From Halocafeteria seosinensis (Eukaryota), in assembly GCA_001687465.1 (NCBI GenBank), contig LVLI01000250.1:1-64000 (forward strand): a stretch of DNA of 64,000 nt. Direction: 5' to 3'. Positions 28,011-42,097 of this stretch are shown here, in pieces. The notes beneath the pieces were generated by a model that made no database searches, had not been told where the DNA came from, and was given only the letters and a program-made list of their open reading frames with translations. The translations under genes and the position numbers were made by a program. Each line of letters opens with the position of its first letter. Position 1 is the stretch's first letter.

Positions 28011-28965
28011 ATGAGCTCGAATAAAGCTGCTGGAGAGAAAAAGCTATACAGAAGAATTTACACGAGACATGATGTGTCATTGCATAACTCACCCGATGTA
28101 AGACAGTTTAATGCAGGATACTGCTGTATGTATGTAACTCGCGTGCTTTGCATGAACTCAGGATTGCTGGGTAGTGCTTTTTGATAAAGTGTTGGAATTG
28201 ACCTCATTACTAAAGGATGAAAACCATGGTACGCGAGCAGAGGATGGAGCATCCTTACCTGATGCTGACTATTCGGGTTTCGCTATATACAGGCGCCTTA
28301 GCTGACCCAATCTTAGACTATGCTGGCAGAGATGTGTCCCATTGGTTTGATGAAAAGACAGGAGATGTAAGTTTCCAATGTTCTACCGATTGCTTTGTTT
28401 ATTTCTCTACGGAGCGCTTTTGCGGGGGAGATGCGATGCAGATCAAATATCGAGTAGATCCCGAAACACATCTAGAGGTACCCTATACACCAGAAGGAAG
28501 AATTATACACGTACCTCCAAGAGATCCAACCACAACGTGGCGTCATCGAGACACACCTTGGTGGAAGGATCCACAATACGTGATCGGCAACATTACACAG
28601 AAAGAACGCAAACTGAGAATTGTGAACACATTAACATCGAAGGAGGATATTCTGGAAGTTGGCTGTGAGGAAACACTAGAGGAAATCCGAGATAGATTTT
28701 ACGAATTTAATGCGCATGCCGCAAGTTATACATGGAAAGTAAGTATACAGGCCGCCAGTGAACGGCAAGAGTTTTCTACAAATATGTGTTGTGTGTGTAA
28801 CAGGCGATACTAAATGGTGAGTTTAGACCCCTGGACATGCAAAGGACGCTTGATGAAAACGGGGTAGTAGATGAAGACGACGACTTTGAAGAGTTTAACA
28901 TGGATCCGGACCAATACATGCCCATAATTCATTTATACTTCAATGACGACTTGACAGTTGCATAA
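28011..28965 (+). CDS. CYB5D1: Cytochrome b5 domain-containing protein 1 (ciliary/flagellar)
   Basis: HNSPD/DCWV, AGRDVSHWFD, YTPEGR..HVPP, PWWKD..Y.IG, IVNTLT...EET..EI..R....NAHAASYTWK and C-terminal IHLYFNDDLTVA. Confidence 0.92.
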
Positions 28966-29442
28966 CAACAGAGTGAATATGAAAGTTTAGAGAGTTGTGC
29001 TTAGAGATTGTACGGTAGCGTACGCGGTAGGCCCGTTTTAGCACCGAGGAAGCAACAGAAGAGGAACTTGTTTGACGCTAGCCGTTGCTGATTGGGACTG
29101 TAGTATCATTTGTGGTATTTCCACAAAAATTTTTGTTACTGATCACTTGCTGTAGTCGTGCTAGGTTAGAGAATAAAACTCGTTTCACTCAAACTATCCC
29201 CAATACCGTTTGTAGAACCGTTGCTTGTAGTCAAAGTTTTCTACAGTGGGTGGAGCGGCTAAATTGCACCCTCCGAAAGTTTATCCCGAACGAGTCCCAG
29301 ATGTGTCTGTTCATTACCTCATTTTAATCAGGCTTGTTCGTTGGTGTTCGAACCACGTATACACAAATAAAGCACACCAAGTGAGTTGTATACTGTGTCT
29401 GTTTCATCCAAGGAAGTGAGGAAGGGGTTTGGAAGACGCACC

Positions 29443-31029
29443 ATGGCCCCACGACTTGGTCCCAAGAAGCCACAGGTGGTGATCATTCACTCGGACGACC
29501 CCGATGAATGTCCTCTGTTAATAACACCAAAGCGTACGTGCCATACTAGGAAGAGAGTGATGGCGATAATGGCTGTATCTGAGGCAAAATACGCCGTATC
29601 TTCACCCTGTTTGCAGATGTGCGGTACGCGAACACCTCTTGTTTAACGCAATGGATCGAAGATAATAAGGACTTTCTGAGCGAACGTCTTCGTGAACATG
29701 GAGCGATTAAGTTCCAGGGATTTAATCTCGATGATGCGCGCGATTTTGAAAAAGTAGCCACTGCGTATGAGGGTGAACTCAGCACGGCCTACCGGGGAAC
29801 TACCCCTCGAACACTCCAAGAAGGTACCAATGCGATATTTTCGGCTGCCGAGTTCTCGTCCGTCATTCCCATTGCACAGGTGAGGACAGAGATCTACTGT
29901 TTGCCCGTGTGGAGGTTAGTGAAACTCTTTATTTTAATTTTGTTTTTTTTATTTGGGGACCGCAGCACATTGAGATGTCGTTTCTCCCGCATCCCCCGCA
30001 ACGACTAGTAAGGTGGAACCGTGCGCATAAACAAAAGGAAAGTATCTTGGACATATTTGCGAAATTATCAATGTTGCAGTTCTTCTTCTGCCATACACCA
30101 CCCAAAGAATTTGGGGAAACGAGTCTCTGCGATTTTCGAAAGGTGTGGAGAGACTTGGACCCTCAAGTCCGCGAGGAACTGGAAGTACGGGGACTGAAAT
30201 ATGTGCGCAATTAGTAAGTTCATTTCTTCGTGTATCTTGGAGCTCTCCTTTTCCTTCACGACAAACACTTGAGTTTCCTGGTTGTCGCAGTCATAAAGGT
30301 CCTAAGTGGTATTACTTCGACCCTACCAAGCTGAAAGGTTGGGAAGCCCTATTCGGTACCAGCGATAAACATGAAATCAATCGCGAATGCCAAAAGACAT
30401 CGCAAAACGTGGAATGGAATGGGGACGATCTTCGCATTACGAATGAAGCAGGTCCCACTCGTGTACATCCAGAAACCGGTGAGGTTGCTATGAGCAACCA
30501 TCTGCTTATCTTCCACCCTTGCATGTTTGGACAGGAAAGTTGGCATGTTTTTAAACGGACCTGGCGCCTGGTAGAATTTCTTAAGTTTATCATCGGAACC
30601 ATCTTTTGCTGGTTATACCTGCTTCTAGTGGATTCGCGTGATTCCGGCATGAATACCCTGTATGCTGATGGTACTGACACACCTGTGTCAACCAAGACCA
30701 TAGGTCATATCCGTGATGTTTCATGGAAGCATATGATATTTCCCAAATGGGAGAAAGGAGACGTTCTCATGATCGATAACCGTATTGTTTCCCATGGGAG
30801 ACAACCGAGTGCCCCACCGCGTAAGATACTGGTCGCTTGGTCTCCTGCGGTTCAGGATCCAGCTCCACTACACGGGGCTAAAACCCCGGAGAAACATACT
30901 CATACCAATGGGGTAGCTACCCCGCGTTCTCGAAAGTCCCGACCATCCGGCAGATCTTCGTCTGCGTCAGGCAAACGATCGAGCAGCCGCCGTCGACACG
31001 CTCGGGATGCCGGTCCGTATGTAAGTTGA
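29443..31029 (+). CDS. TauD/TfdA-like (clavaminate-synthase-like) Fe(II)/2-oxoglutarate dioxygenase, tandem copy 1
   Basis: HGAIKFQGF, HIE metal motif (QHIEMSF), FFFC..PP..GETSLCD and WEKGDVLMIDNRIVSHGR...RKILVA. Five exons join in frame. Confidence 0.88.
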
Positions 31030-31481
31030 ACAGCGGAACTATAAAGGGCACAGTTTTAAGTTCCATTTTTGTTGCGTGCTAACTTGAATGTAGTGTAAGA
31101 AGATGATAGTGTAGAGTAATTCTCATGTACTATATGTTTATTTTGAACCCGTGCCAATTCAATTCAACGATCTCACGGGAAACCAACCCATGCCCATAGC
31201 TGCATGCCAATTCACCAGTGGATCACCATCCTAATGTCCTTGTTCACAATCGTTGGCTGCGTCAGAGGACGGTATCCAAGGATTCCAAGTATGCGGCTAA
31301 ATTCCAATAAATTCATCTGCCTTAGCTTCGCTGGATACTCATTCCTGTGTATTGTTGTTCTTTACTTGTCCACTGTGTTTTTAACTACCTTGACATACTA
31401 ACTAGTTCATTGTGATCCTTGTTCTTGTCGTGGATACAGTCAAAGGGTAGAGGACAAACCCTGAGTGCGAGAGGACGCAGC

Positions 31482-33040
31482 ATGGGTCGGACGAAGAATC
31501 CGCAGGGGGTGTACATTCACTCGGATGGCCCCGATGAGTGTCCCCTATTGATAACACCTAAAGGTACGAGGAAGCCACTGAACATGTGTATATCGCGAAA
31601 AGCTCACATACTAATTGTATTCTGCAGGGGCGCAATACGCCACCACAGCTTTCTTGACTCAATGGATTGGAGATAACAAGGACTTCCTTAAACAACGTCT
31701 TCGGGAGCACGGAGCGATTAAGTTCCAAGGTTTTAGTGTGGACGAACCGCATGACTTTGAAAAAGTCGCCACCGCGTATGAGGGTCAATTAAGCACGGCG
31801 TACCGAGGAACTGCTCCCCGTACCGTGCAACCGGGAACCAACGCGGTTTTCTCTACTGCTGAGTTCTCGGCTGGCATACCCATTGCGCAGGTAAGTGCCA
31901 ACCATTGCAAATCCTTGTTTGGGCCTGTTGAGAGGTGGACTAACTTCGATGATTGTGGGCTACAGCACATTGAAATGTCGTTTCTCCCACATCCTCCGGA
32001 ACGATTGGTGAGTTCCCTACCTCGAGTAGTATTACCGTAGTGAACGCAAGGGATTTTGAATAAGTCACTTCGAGAATTTGCAAATGACGCAGTTCTTTTT
32101 CTGTCACACCCCACCCAAAGAGTACGGTGAAACCAGCCTTTGCGATTTCCGCAAAGTGTGGAGAGATTTGCATCCAGAAGTGCGAGAAGAACTGGAACAA
32201 CGTGGACTAAAATACGTTCGAAATTAGTAAGTATTTAACTATTGTATTGGCTTCTCTATCCCTAGCTACAGATGTCTTGTCTTCTTAACTTTTTTCAGCC
32301 ATAAAGGCCCAAAATGGTACTACTTCGATCCTACCAAACTGAAAGGCTGGGAAGCGGTATTCGGTACCAGTGATAAGAAAGAAATTACACGCGAATGCCA
32401 AAAGACTTCCCAAAACGCAGAGTGGAATGGAGATGATCTTCGGATCACGAATGAAGCGGGACCTACCCGCGCACATCCAGAAACCGGGGAGGTTGCTATG
32501 AGCAATCATTTGATTATCTTTCACCCCTGTATGTTCGGACAGGAAAGCTGGCATGTATTTAAACGGACCTGGCGTTTGGTAGAATTCCTGAAATTTATCG
32601 TTGGGACGGTATTTTGTTGGCTGTATCTGCTTCTAGTGAATCCACGTGATTCCGGTATGAATACTCTGTATGCTGATGGTACGGATAGCCCTGTGTCAAC
32701 TAAGACCATAAGTCATGTCCGAGAAACTGTTTGGAAGCATATGATATTTCCCAAATGGGAAAAAGGTGACGTCCTCATGATCGACAACCGTATCGTTTCC
32801 CATGGGAGACAACCAAGTGCGCCTCCGCGTAAAATATTAGTCGCTTGGTCTCCTGCGGTTCAGGATCCAGCTCCACTCCATTCGGCGACAACCCACGGGA
32901 AACAGAGCTATGCTAACGGAGTAGCTACTCCACGTTCAAACAAATCTCGATCGTCGAGCAGGTCTTCTTCTACACCAAGAAAGCGTTCGACCAGCCGTCA
33001 CCGGCAGAATGGAGTTTCTTCCTCGTTTGTTACCAGTTGA
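31482..33040 (+). CDS. TauD/TfdA-like Fe(II)/2-oxoglutarate dioxygenase, tandem copy 2
   Basis: Same motifs and identical intron positions as copy 1. Exons are highly similar; introns are diverged. Confidence 0.88.
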
Positions 33041-33356
33041 TTACCATCACGACCTTAAGTGGTGTTACGCCGGAATCAGGATACCAAGTTACAAATTGAT
33101 GTCAAGTATAATCCACTGCAATTCGCAAAAATTAACAGGTTCCCTTTTTCATACGTTATTTTTCCATGAAGTTATTTTCACGTTTCCCGTCCTGCCAGGA
33201 CTACTCCTCTGATCTACTGGGTACCTGTATCTGTGCAAGCCAGGCTTCAATTCTTTCGGCGGGAGAATAGTCGACGTTTTGATTGTTCGCTCCTGTGTGT
33301 CACTGCGTCCCCTCATTTCCGAGGAGTTTTTACAGGTTGTTAGTGTCTATTTGGAG

Positions 33357-35315
33357 ATGGAATCGCCGCGAAAGGAAAGGGAGATGAATGGGGTAAAGCG
33401 CAAGCGTCCGAGTGAGGAGGATGAGGGTGAGTTCAATGAGAAAGAGGCGGCCCTTGAAGCTGCTGTTTTCGGAGCCAAAGACAAGGTATTGGAGACGATG
33501 GGAAACGAGCAAGAGCGTCATGCTGAGGAGTCTAGTCGCTTGTGGGACAGGAGGGACGTATCGGCACCGACACAAGGAACAGATTCGGCCATCGCCGCCT
33601 TTATCCGAGACGTTGCGGACGCAAATGAACCTCGCCACGACTCAGCTTCACAAGAGGAAGACAGCGAGGAGGGCGATAATGAAGCTGTAGCCGCTACAAA
33701 GCCCCCTGCATGGGAGGATGAAGATGATGAAAATGTCAGGGTGAATGTTGCAAACGTTCGGAGGCTTCGAAAACTGAGGAAATCTGAAACAGAGGAAGTG
33801 CTGTCTGGTGAGGAGTACCAGGAGCGTCTACGACAACAGTATGTGAATGAATGAATGAGTGTACCTGAAGTTTATCGTTTCCTCAACATCTGTTGCACTC
33901 TATGTCCTGCACAGGTTTGAAAAGTCGAAACCAGATACGACTTGGGCCAAGGTATCAGACACCGCGCAGAAAGATGGTGTTTCCGACGCCGTCAGTTCGG
34001 AGCTCTTCCGGTCTACTGCATCTATAATTGGAGAGGCCAAAACCCTGCAACCCAAGGTGCTATCAGTAGATCGGATGCTGGATGCGAATTACCAGGAACC
34101 GTCGAAGGTATGCGACTCTCTGTAAGGGATGTGAAGTTCGCGTTCTTCTGCAGTGTTCACTGCTGTTGCAGGCGGTGATTCGCTCTGTTATGTTCCATCC
34201 TAATGGTCAAACAATGTTAACCGCTGGATTGGACAAGACGCTAAGGCTGTTTAGGATAGACGGAAAACGCAATCCAAAAATGGCTTCCATATACTTTGAT
34301 GATTTGCCTATTCACAATGCACGATTTACGCCGGATGGAAAAGAAATCATCTGCACAGGACGACGCCCGTATTTTTACGTTTATAACTTAACAAGTGGAA
34401 AAGGGACGAAAATAAAGTCAATTCTGGGCCATAAAGAAACAAGCTGGGAATATTTTGCAGTGAGCAGTTCGCCTAACACACCGTATATCGCCTTCATTGG
34501 CCGGGATGGGTAAGACTTCTTGCTGGTTTGGAGTCTGCCTGCTAGTGTTAGTAGGAGTGTCCTCATTTATATGGTGTACGCAGGTATATACCACTCATTT
34601 CCACCAAGTCGAAGCAGTGGGTTGCGGATCTCAAAATGAACGGACAAACCCGAAGCGTTTGCTTCACTGGCAACGGACGTGAACTCCTAGCGACTGGCAG
34701 TACGTTAGACGAAGTGGTTAAGTTTCATGTCTTTTTGTCCTGTATCGCACTGTAATGTTTGCAGCCGAAGGACACGTATATAGGTGGGATCTAAGTAGCC
34801 TTAACTGTGTCTACTGCCACGTTGACCAAGGATCACTGACGAGCACGAAAGTAACTTCGTCCATCAATGATCAATATTATGCTGTTGGCAGCTCCACTGG
34901 CGTAGTCAATCTCTACGACCAGAATGATATTGGCGCTAACGTAGGGTCCACAAGTGTCGACAATGGTTTCGCCTTTGACGCGTTCGCCCCAACATCTGTT
35001 ACTGAAGCCGCGACGCACACTTCTCTTCCAGCTCCCGAGCCTTGCAAGGCCATTCTGAACTTGACGACGGCCGTGGATATACTACAGTTTAATCACGACG
35101 CTCAAATTTTAGCGTTCGGTAGTCAGCGCAAGAAAGATCAACTGAAACTCTTACATGTTCCCAGCAAGACTGTATTCCAAAACTGGCCAACGTCCCAAAC
35201 ACCGCTGCACTATGTCTGCAGTGTAGACTTCTCGCCAATGAGTGGCTTTCTTGCGGTAGGGAATGACCGTGGTAGAGTATTACTATACAGACTCAATCAC
35301 TACTCGGAATCTTAA
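33357..35315 (+). CDS. UTP18: U3 snoRNA-associated protein 18 (WD40, SSU processome)
   Basis: PAWEDEDD...RLRKLRK...SGEEYQERLRQQF, FHPNGQTMLTAGLDKTLRLF.IDGK.NP and TVFQNWP...TPL..V..VDFSP.SGFLAVGNDRGRVLLYRLNHY. Confidence 0.95.
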
Positions 35316-35453
35316 AATCAAACACTAATTTGATAAAATGTAATATTTTAAACATTGCTCAGTGAGACATAGCCGAAGCCAATATGAGAGTACGCATGGT
35401 GCGAGCTAATAACGCTTGCCTCTTGTGTGGTATTTTGAAAGCACATTTTCGAA

Positions 35454-38400
35454 TCAAGAACTAACATAAATGCTACCTAAGACGCGGCGTTGGTGCTGCT
35501 TTCTTTTAATTCTACTATTCTTCTTTGCATCTGCTGCAATTGCCCATTCATATCGTGCAGTTGCTGCTCTTGCTCCGCAATCGTATTTTGAAACTCCCGC
35601 CTTTCCGACAACAATTCTTCCACTCTCCGCCCGAACTTTTTCTTGTACGTTTCCTGTTTCTTCGACTTATTTTCCTGCTTTGATTAAAAATAAAAAGCAA
35701 TATTGGCGTTGCAAAACATCGACTTTCATTAGCAAAGCAGACGTACCGCTTCATGGAACTGCTTTTTCAGTTTCTCGATCTCCCGCTGAAGCTGGTTATT
35801 CTCACTGCGCAATTTATCATTGTCCTTCTTAAAATCATTTAAATCGTTCGCTGTCCGAACCGACCTCTGTGAAACCACCAACAACATAGATACATCATTT
35901 CACACGATTTGACAGTAAGCATTTCAAATTGAAGTGTGTGCATACCTCGACAAGTTCTTTGTGGACCTCCCGGAGTCTTTCAACTTCCTTTTGTAATGCA
36001 GACTTTTCAACATTCTCCTGCACGTTTCTGTCTGGATTAACCTGGTATAACATCGGTGAACCATGGTTAGATACAACAGGTCCTCCAGCACTCGCTACTG
36101 CCACCTGGTGTCCACCAGATGCCCCTCTATCTCTTGATACATCGCTGTTACCTGAAGTTGAGCGGCGTTCTCTTCCTTGTTTGTTTTTTGTTTTAGTCGA
36201 GAACAAATTCTGGAACACATTCTTAATGCCACCCAGTTTATTAGACTTTTGGGGTTCGACTGGGGAGTCCGGCTCATAGTCTGAGAAATCGGCATCAGGA
36301 GGTAACGATACATTAACGTATTCTTCATCCGCTCTAGACGCCCCCCTTAGATCGGTTTTCGACGAATCATCTTCAGCCGGATGAGCGCGCTTTGAATTGT
36401 CTCCAGTCCCTTCGTGTCGCGACAACGCTGGCTGTATATTGGAGGCACCAGTTGCAACAGGAAACTTCTTATTGTGTAACCTTGTCCCTTTCCGCCGAGA
36501 TCGCGCAACTTCGGGAACAAACTCATAACGCGATGTGGCTTGAGGTAACGCCTCGGAGTGTTTGTCACTGTTTGTCTTTCCTAAACGATGCAGATCCTCC
36601 GATATACTCAAGGCTCTCCGCGCTCGAGGCTCCTCGGAATCGTGCTTCGAATCACTTGGCCGACCGTCAAAACTGAAGCGTTTATGCCAATGGTAATCCT
36701 GCGAGGATGGTCGCTGACTTAATTCAGATTTCAAACGGTTGTTCTCTGAGCTAAGATCCGCAAGCTTCTTTTCTAATTTCGTGATCTCTTTGTCGTACTT
36801 CTGCTGGTGATTCTTAGATCGATCTTGAGACAATGATAGTCTCTTTTCCAAATCTCCCGAAGATGCATGTCTATGCGGAGAGGATAGTTCTTCGCTACTT
36901 CCAATCTTTAGACAAAATTCCTCGTTTTCATTTCTTGCCTGACTAAGTGGTTCGAAGGTTGAACAGAACATGCTGCTCGGCGGAGGAGGTTTAAATCGAA
37001 TTTCTTCTTTAGACTCTTCTCTAGAGTCTGACTTTGCCTTAATAGCAAGAGCCAATTGAGATATAGTCGTTTGAATCCATTCCTTTTCCTCCTTGCTGAT
37101 CATAATCTCCCCTGACTTCCCTCCCTCAGGCCGTTCGTTCTCTAGTTCAGCAACCCTCATACGAAGTCTGTCAACTTCGTTCTTCATTTGCTCGTTCTTT
37201 TCCTGCTGAGCTTTCAAGCTCTGCGCCTCCACACGTAACTCTTTAAGCTTTTTCTTGGCGAGAACTGACCTAATGGCTGTTTGAATGGAAACCGCAGATA
37301 CCCGTTGACGAATAAACAGCTGCCGAGACTTCCTGCTTTTATAGAACGCTCGGATCTTACTGGCGCATGTGTCCCGCAACAACTGCCTGTAGTATTCTCT
37401 TCCTTTCCAACCGCGATAGGCCGCTTGGAGGGCGGTCACAACATATGTCTGCTGTTGGTATCGCAGCATGCAAAGCCAACCTCGAACCATCTTTTGGAGC
37501 AAAGTAGCCGCCTTCTGCTTCCGGAGCTCCATGGTTTTCGAGCGAGCAATCGCACATCTGATTGCACACTGAATTCTAAGAATCGCATCTTTATATCGCT
37601 TCACATATCGATAAGCAAGCCGTCCTCTAACCAATCTCTGAATTTCTATGCCCGCAGACGCCAAAACGTTCCCTCGGATGTTCTCCAGGAACTCGTAGGC
37701 GCTCTGTCGGAAGAAAACCTTGGTTTTGCCGACTTGCACATCGTTTTCTTCTAACAAAGAATCGACGTATTCGTTAACATTCTTGCAGAGCTCCGAATCT
37801 CGTGGAAGATCTCTAGTCATACGGTGTCCCGCATCAATTAACGTTCGGAGAGTGCTTCTAGCTGCCCAATGACGGACTGAATTTACATCCTCCTTTAATT
37901 TACCTCCTTCAACACTACTCTCAGTCAAAATAGTTCGAATAACAATACGCCGAGAAGTGCGTAGAGCTGTGACGCAATCAGTCGCTAAATCTGAAGCCTC
38001 GTTTTCCAATGGCTGCTTTGCCGGACTAAAATAGGACAACTTTTCCAGGCGTGATTGACTCTTTTCTACTAGTCTCGAGAGTAGTGCTACAACGCTCTGA
38101 TGCTTGCTAAGTCCCTCATCAAGGAAGTGACAGAGACTTCGAAGAACAGCATAGTATCTTAGCAGGAAAATGGCATGCTGGAACCTAACCGGATACCCCG
38201 CTCTCGAGACCCGCACTGCCTCCAACACTCCTCCACATCGCAGCTGAGCCACCAAGGAATCTCGTTCGATATTGCGCGGTTGTGATTCTGAGTTGGGTTT
38301 CAAGCAGCGAACATAGTGCGGAGAGGTCGCGCGAATAATTGTCATTAAGACATTCAATTGTTGTCGGAACTGAGTGCCCAGTGTATCCGCCATCATCTTT

Positions 38401-41113
38401 CCCTTCTTCTTTGAGGATTTTTTGCTTGATGTAGATTTCGTGCTGTCTCCAATGATATTAGCAAATGTTCCTTTCTTCAGGGCACCTTTATTCTCAGCAT
38501 CACGGATTGCCCCTTCTGTGTACTTTGGTAAATCTGTCGAATCTGAGGCGGAGAGAGTTGTTGACGATAGAACTACAGGCTCATCAGATCCCTGAATGAT
38601 CTCAATGGCCTCCTCGCTTATCGTATCTTTGTTCTTCTCGAGAAAGCTATCCGCCGTGTATACTACCTCCCCAGCATAGTGGCGAATCGCAAATTGATTT
38701 CGCGCTTTTTGCCGATTGCTGACGGAAAACCGCGGATGATCCTTCAGATGTTCTTGACACTTTCTCGCAAATGCTTCATCAGTGCCTTTAGGCATAAGGC
38801 ACGCTTCGTCTAACAGTGACAAAATTCCCGGTGGACGTCGTCCTGCATATCCAGCGCATAACGCATTTCTCCACCATGAAACACTAGCGACAGCACTTCA
38901 TACCTTCAATCAAATCGAGACAATCTTGGTTGTCGGGAAATGAGATGTGACTCCATTCAATCCCTTCTCTGCAAATTAGCTTGCCCAATTAGAGCTGCAC
39001 GAGCTGCCGGTTGAGGGTAGGTAACTTACTTCTTGTACTCTGCCTGTTCGACTTTGAATACGAAATGATTGAAATGCTGTTGTAAGGCCTCATTCGTATA
39101 GTTGATACAAAGCTGCGGTGAAAAATGAGGGTAAAAGGCAGTGCATCCTTGCTGCAATAATCGCTTCTGGTTGATAGTACTCCCGCTCCTTACCTGCTCA
39201 AAGCTATTATGGTCAAATTGCTCGAAGCCAAAAATGTCCAAGACGCCAATGAAATTCGATGTTTTATCGTCTTGTCGTATACTATCGTTTATTTTTTTCA
39301 CAAGCCAGTTGAACACCTTTCCGTAAATGTACTTCACCATGGCATCTCTAACATTATCGGCTTGCGAAGCAGTGTACTTTTTGTACGTGACCTCATTTTG
39401 TATTATCATGCGTTTCTCCGTAAGTACACCCTTTACATCGTCCTTGTTCAAACCAAGAAGCACAGTTGCCATCCTTAACGCGCTGCAATTCTTCTCAGGG
39501 GTGTTTGTCCCAGAAGATTCTACCTCGTCATCGTTTTCGACGACGTAAGCAGAGTCATCTGAATCATCAGAAGTACCAAACGTAACGTTTCCGAGCCAGA
39601 GTAGTCCCGCAAGAATTCGCCACAAGGAATGGCATTCGTCCGAAGTAAAGCCCATGGTAGTAAGCGCGTTCATTGTTTCCTGTATACATCGAGATGGGAA
39701 TTGTGATAACCCAATCGCTTCTAACCGCTACTGTCGTACTAACCTCGTAAACTTCATCGTCCGATGCGTCTTTCAAAGTGTAGCACTGACTATTCTTTAG
39801 AAGTCGGAATTTTTGTGCCAAATGACCCACATCATTTTTTGCGTTTCCATCGGCAGCAGTAACCAACCCCCATCCAAAACGATCCGAGTCGGCGGCACCG
39901 CGCAGCAACTGGTAAAACGCGTGAAACCCTCTCTCACCGGCTGTTTGCGACACAAGTCGAACCTTCTCTAACAGGTATGTATGGATCTTAGCACCTATCA
40001 GACAGCCACGTGTATTGAACTGCAATTCAATGAACTTTCCAAATCTGCAAGAACACAACCTTTCAACGATTGTCATGCATCAAACCATGGCAACGACATG
40101 CAGTCTTACCTAGAGCTATTTTCATTCCGCAAAGTCTTCGCATTACCAAATGCTTCAAGAATAGGGTTGCTGCTCAGAACTTTCCTGGTACTCCTGTCTT
40201 CCTCAGAAACGCCTTCAGTAGAGTGTTTCGCGTCCCGACTATTCGAGGGGCCCCCTTCTCTTCCAACCGTTGCTAGATACTGCATGATAATCTTTGTTGT
40301 CTCCGTCTTACCTGCCCCCGACTCACCGGACACAAGCATAGACTGGTTTGGCAAAGAATCTGGCTTAATGACGCTGGCGTCAAGACTATCCTTCATGTTC
40401 CGGTACGCACTGTCCGCTCTAGCGTACACATGGGGAGGCAACTCTTCCGTCTCATCTTCTAGACCTTGGGAACGAAGTAGACCGAGGCTGCACAGAATAC
40501 TAGTCATTTCGATACTATGTAATATTACGTCTAACATTTTCATCTGCTCGGATGCTTACCTGTAGTAATCCTCAAGTGTCGAATCGGAGTAAAGCCCTTC
40601 AATTTGCTGATAAGGATTCACAGCAATCAATATAGGGCCTGTGTACGTATAGATTCGGTCGACATAGAACCTGGCACATATAACCTGTAAGATAGCTGGC
40701 TCATGGAGATGTGGTAACTTGACCAAATCACAGACTTCGGCCGCCGGGTCTACTGAATCATCTTCATCATTTTCACCAAAATCTGTGTTGCAAAGCTTGA
40801 TATCTTTGTACTCTTGTACCGAACCGTAGTCTTTCAAAGCCTCTTTTCCGCCTCCATTGTTTCCTTCCAGTTCTTCAGGGTAAGTCTTTACAGTTCTTTC
40901 CTCGCCCGTACTTTGAACCCTGACTTGGAAGACCGTCTGATTCTTTTCATCTTGCTCTTCCTGTCAAAGGTGTCAGCATGGGGAGATAAATACTGCAAAT
41001 GCTGGGCCACAAGTGCACCTTGCGGACGACCTTACCTGCTGGGACAGGACCTCCGCTTTAACCCACGCTTCCTTAGACTTAGGCTCTCGCAGCCACACTA
41101 ACGCCCCTTCCAT
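35454..41113 (-). CDS. Myosin heavy chain with canonical motor, about 5-6 IQ motifs, coiled coil and low-complexity tail
   Basis: [98 protein letters not shown] and [12 protein letters not shown]. Confidence 0.95.
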
Positions 41114-42097
41114 GATTGAGCGTAGTGTCTGCTACAGACTTTGGCAGGGCAATCCAAGCGCAAGAGACGCGTAAAATAGAGGCTATTATAGAGCAGACAC
41201 GCAGGGAATTCCACTTTGGACAAAAAATTCCTTTTGCCTGTTTTCTAGCCCCCGCACTCAGATGCAGCAACGACTGGAGCAAGAGGTAGAAGAATTGTGT
41301 GAATAGTATCTGACAGTACTTTCAGGTAAGCTGAAAAAAACTTAATAACCTGTCAGCGGCCGGGAAAAGGTGCTCCAAGCAGAACACAATTCCTAAAAAG
41401 GTACCTAGCACTTGTTCACAATATCCAGTCACTTTGTAACCAGACGAAAACACAAACCAATGGTAGAAACCCCGTATATCGATATACTTCAAATGCGTCC
41501 CAATTTGTTACCATTGTGATCAAAGGCAGGCGAATGTGTTCAAATAGGAACGAAGTCCCGGCTAAACGCCCGGACGACGCTGCCCGGCCACTGGGCACTG
41601 CCCCTGGCCAGCCGCTTGTTCAAGTTCAACGACAACAATGAGTCAAACGTCATACCTTGTACGAAATGTGCTCACTACAGATGATAATAGATGCGTCAGC
41701 TTCAAAAGCAAATATGTTCAAGACTACTTGATAGATCATTTTCGAAACCAGCCTTATGAGGACTGACTGCTGTGCTTAAGGGTCCGGCTGCGGGGGCAAT
41801 GGTGTGGGAAATTCAGGGAATTGGCCAGGAAGTCGTGTAACAGTATACGTTTCCAGTGTTTTTCTCAGGTAACTATATTTTGTAAACATACAGTACGCAC
41901 AGTTGCCCCAGAAACCAATTGGTACTGCCACTACGTGTGTGAGAAGTCGTAACGTACCCAAAACTTCACGATCCATCATTGATCATAGTTTAATGAAGAC
42001 CGTTAGTTTTGATGATCGCGTTCATATGTATATATACCGATGTTGTAGTGATTTTTATACTTCTCTGCATCTTTAAAAGTGCTCGGACTTACGCATT

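Noticed and set aside
13150..41113. Apparent cluster of cytoskeletal motors (two myosins and a kinesin)
   Set aside because: The genes are interspersed with unrelated housekeeping genes and belong to large families, so chance adjacency is sufficient.
41474..41487. 14-bp palindrome GTATATCGATATAC
   Set aside because: Several palindromes of this size are expected by chance in 64 kb, and there is no supporting context.
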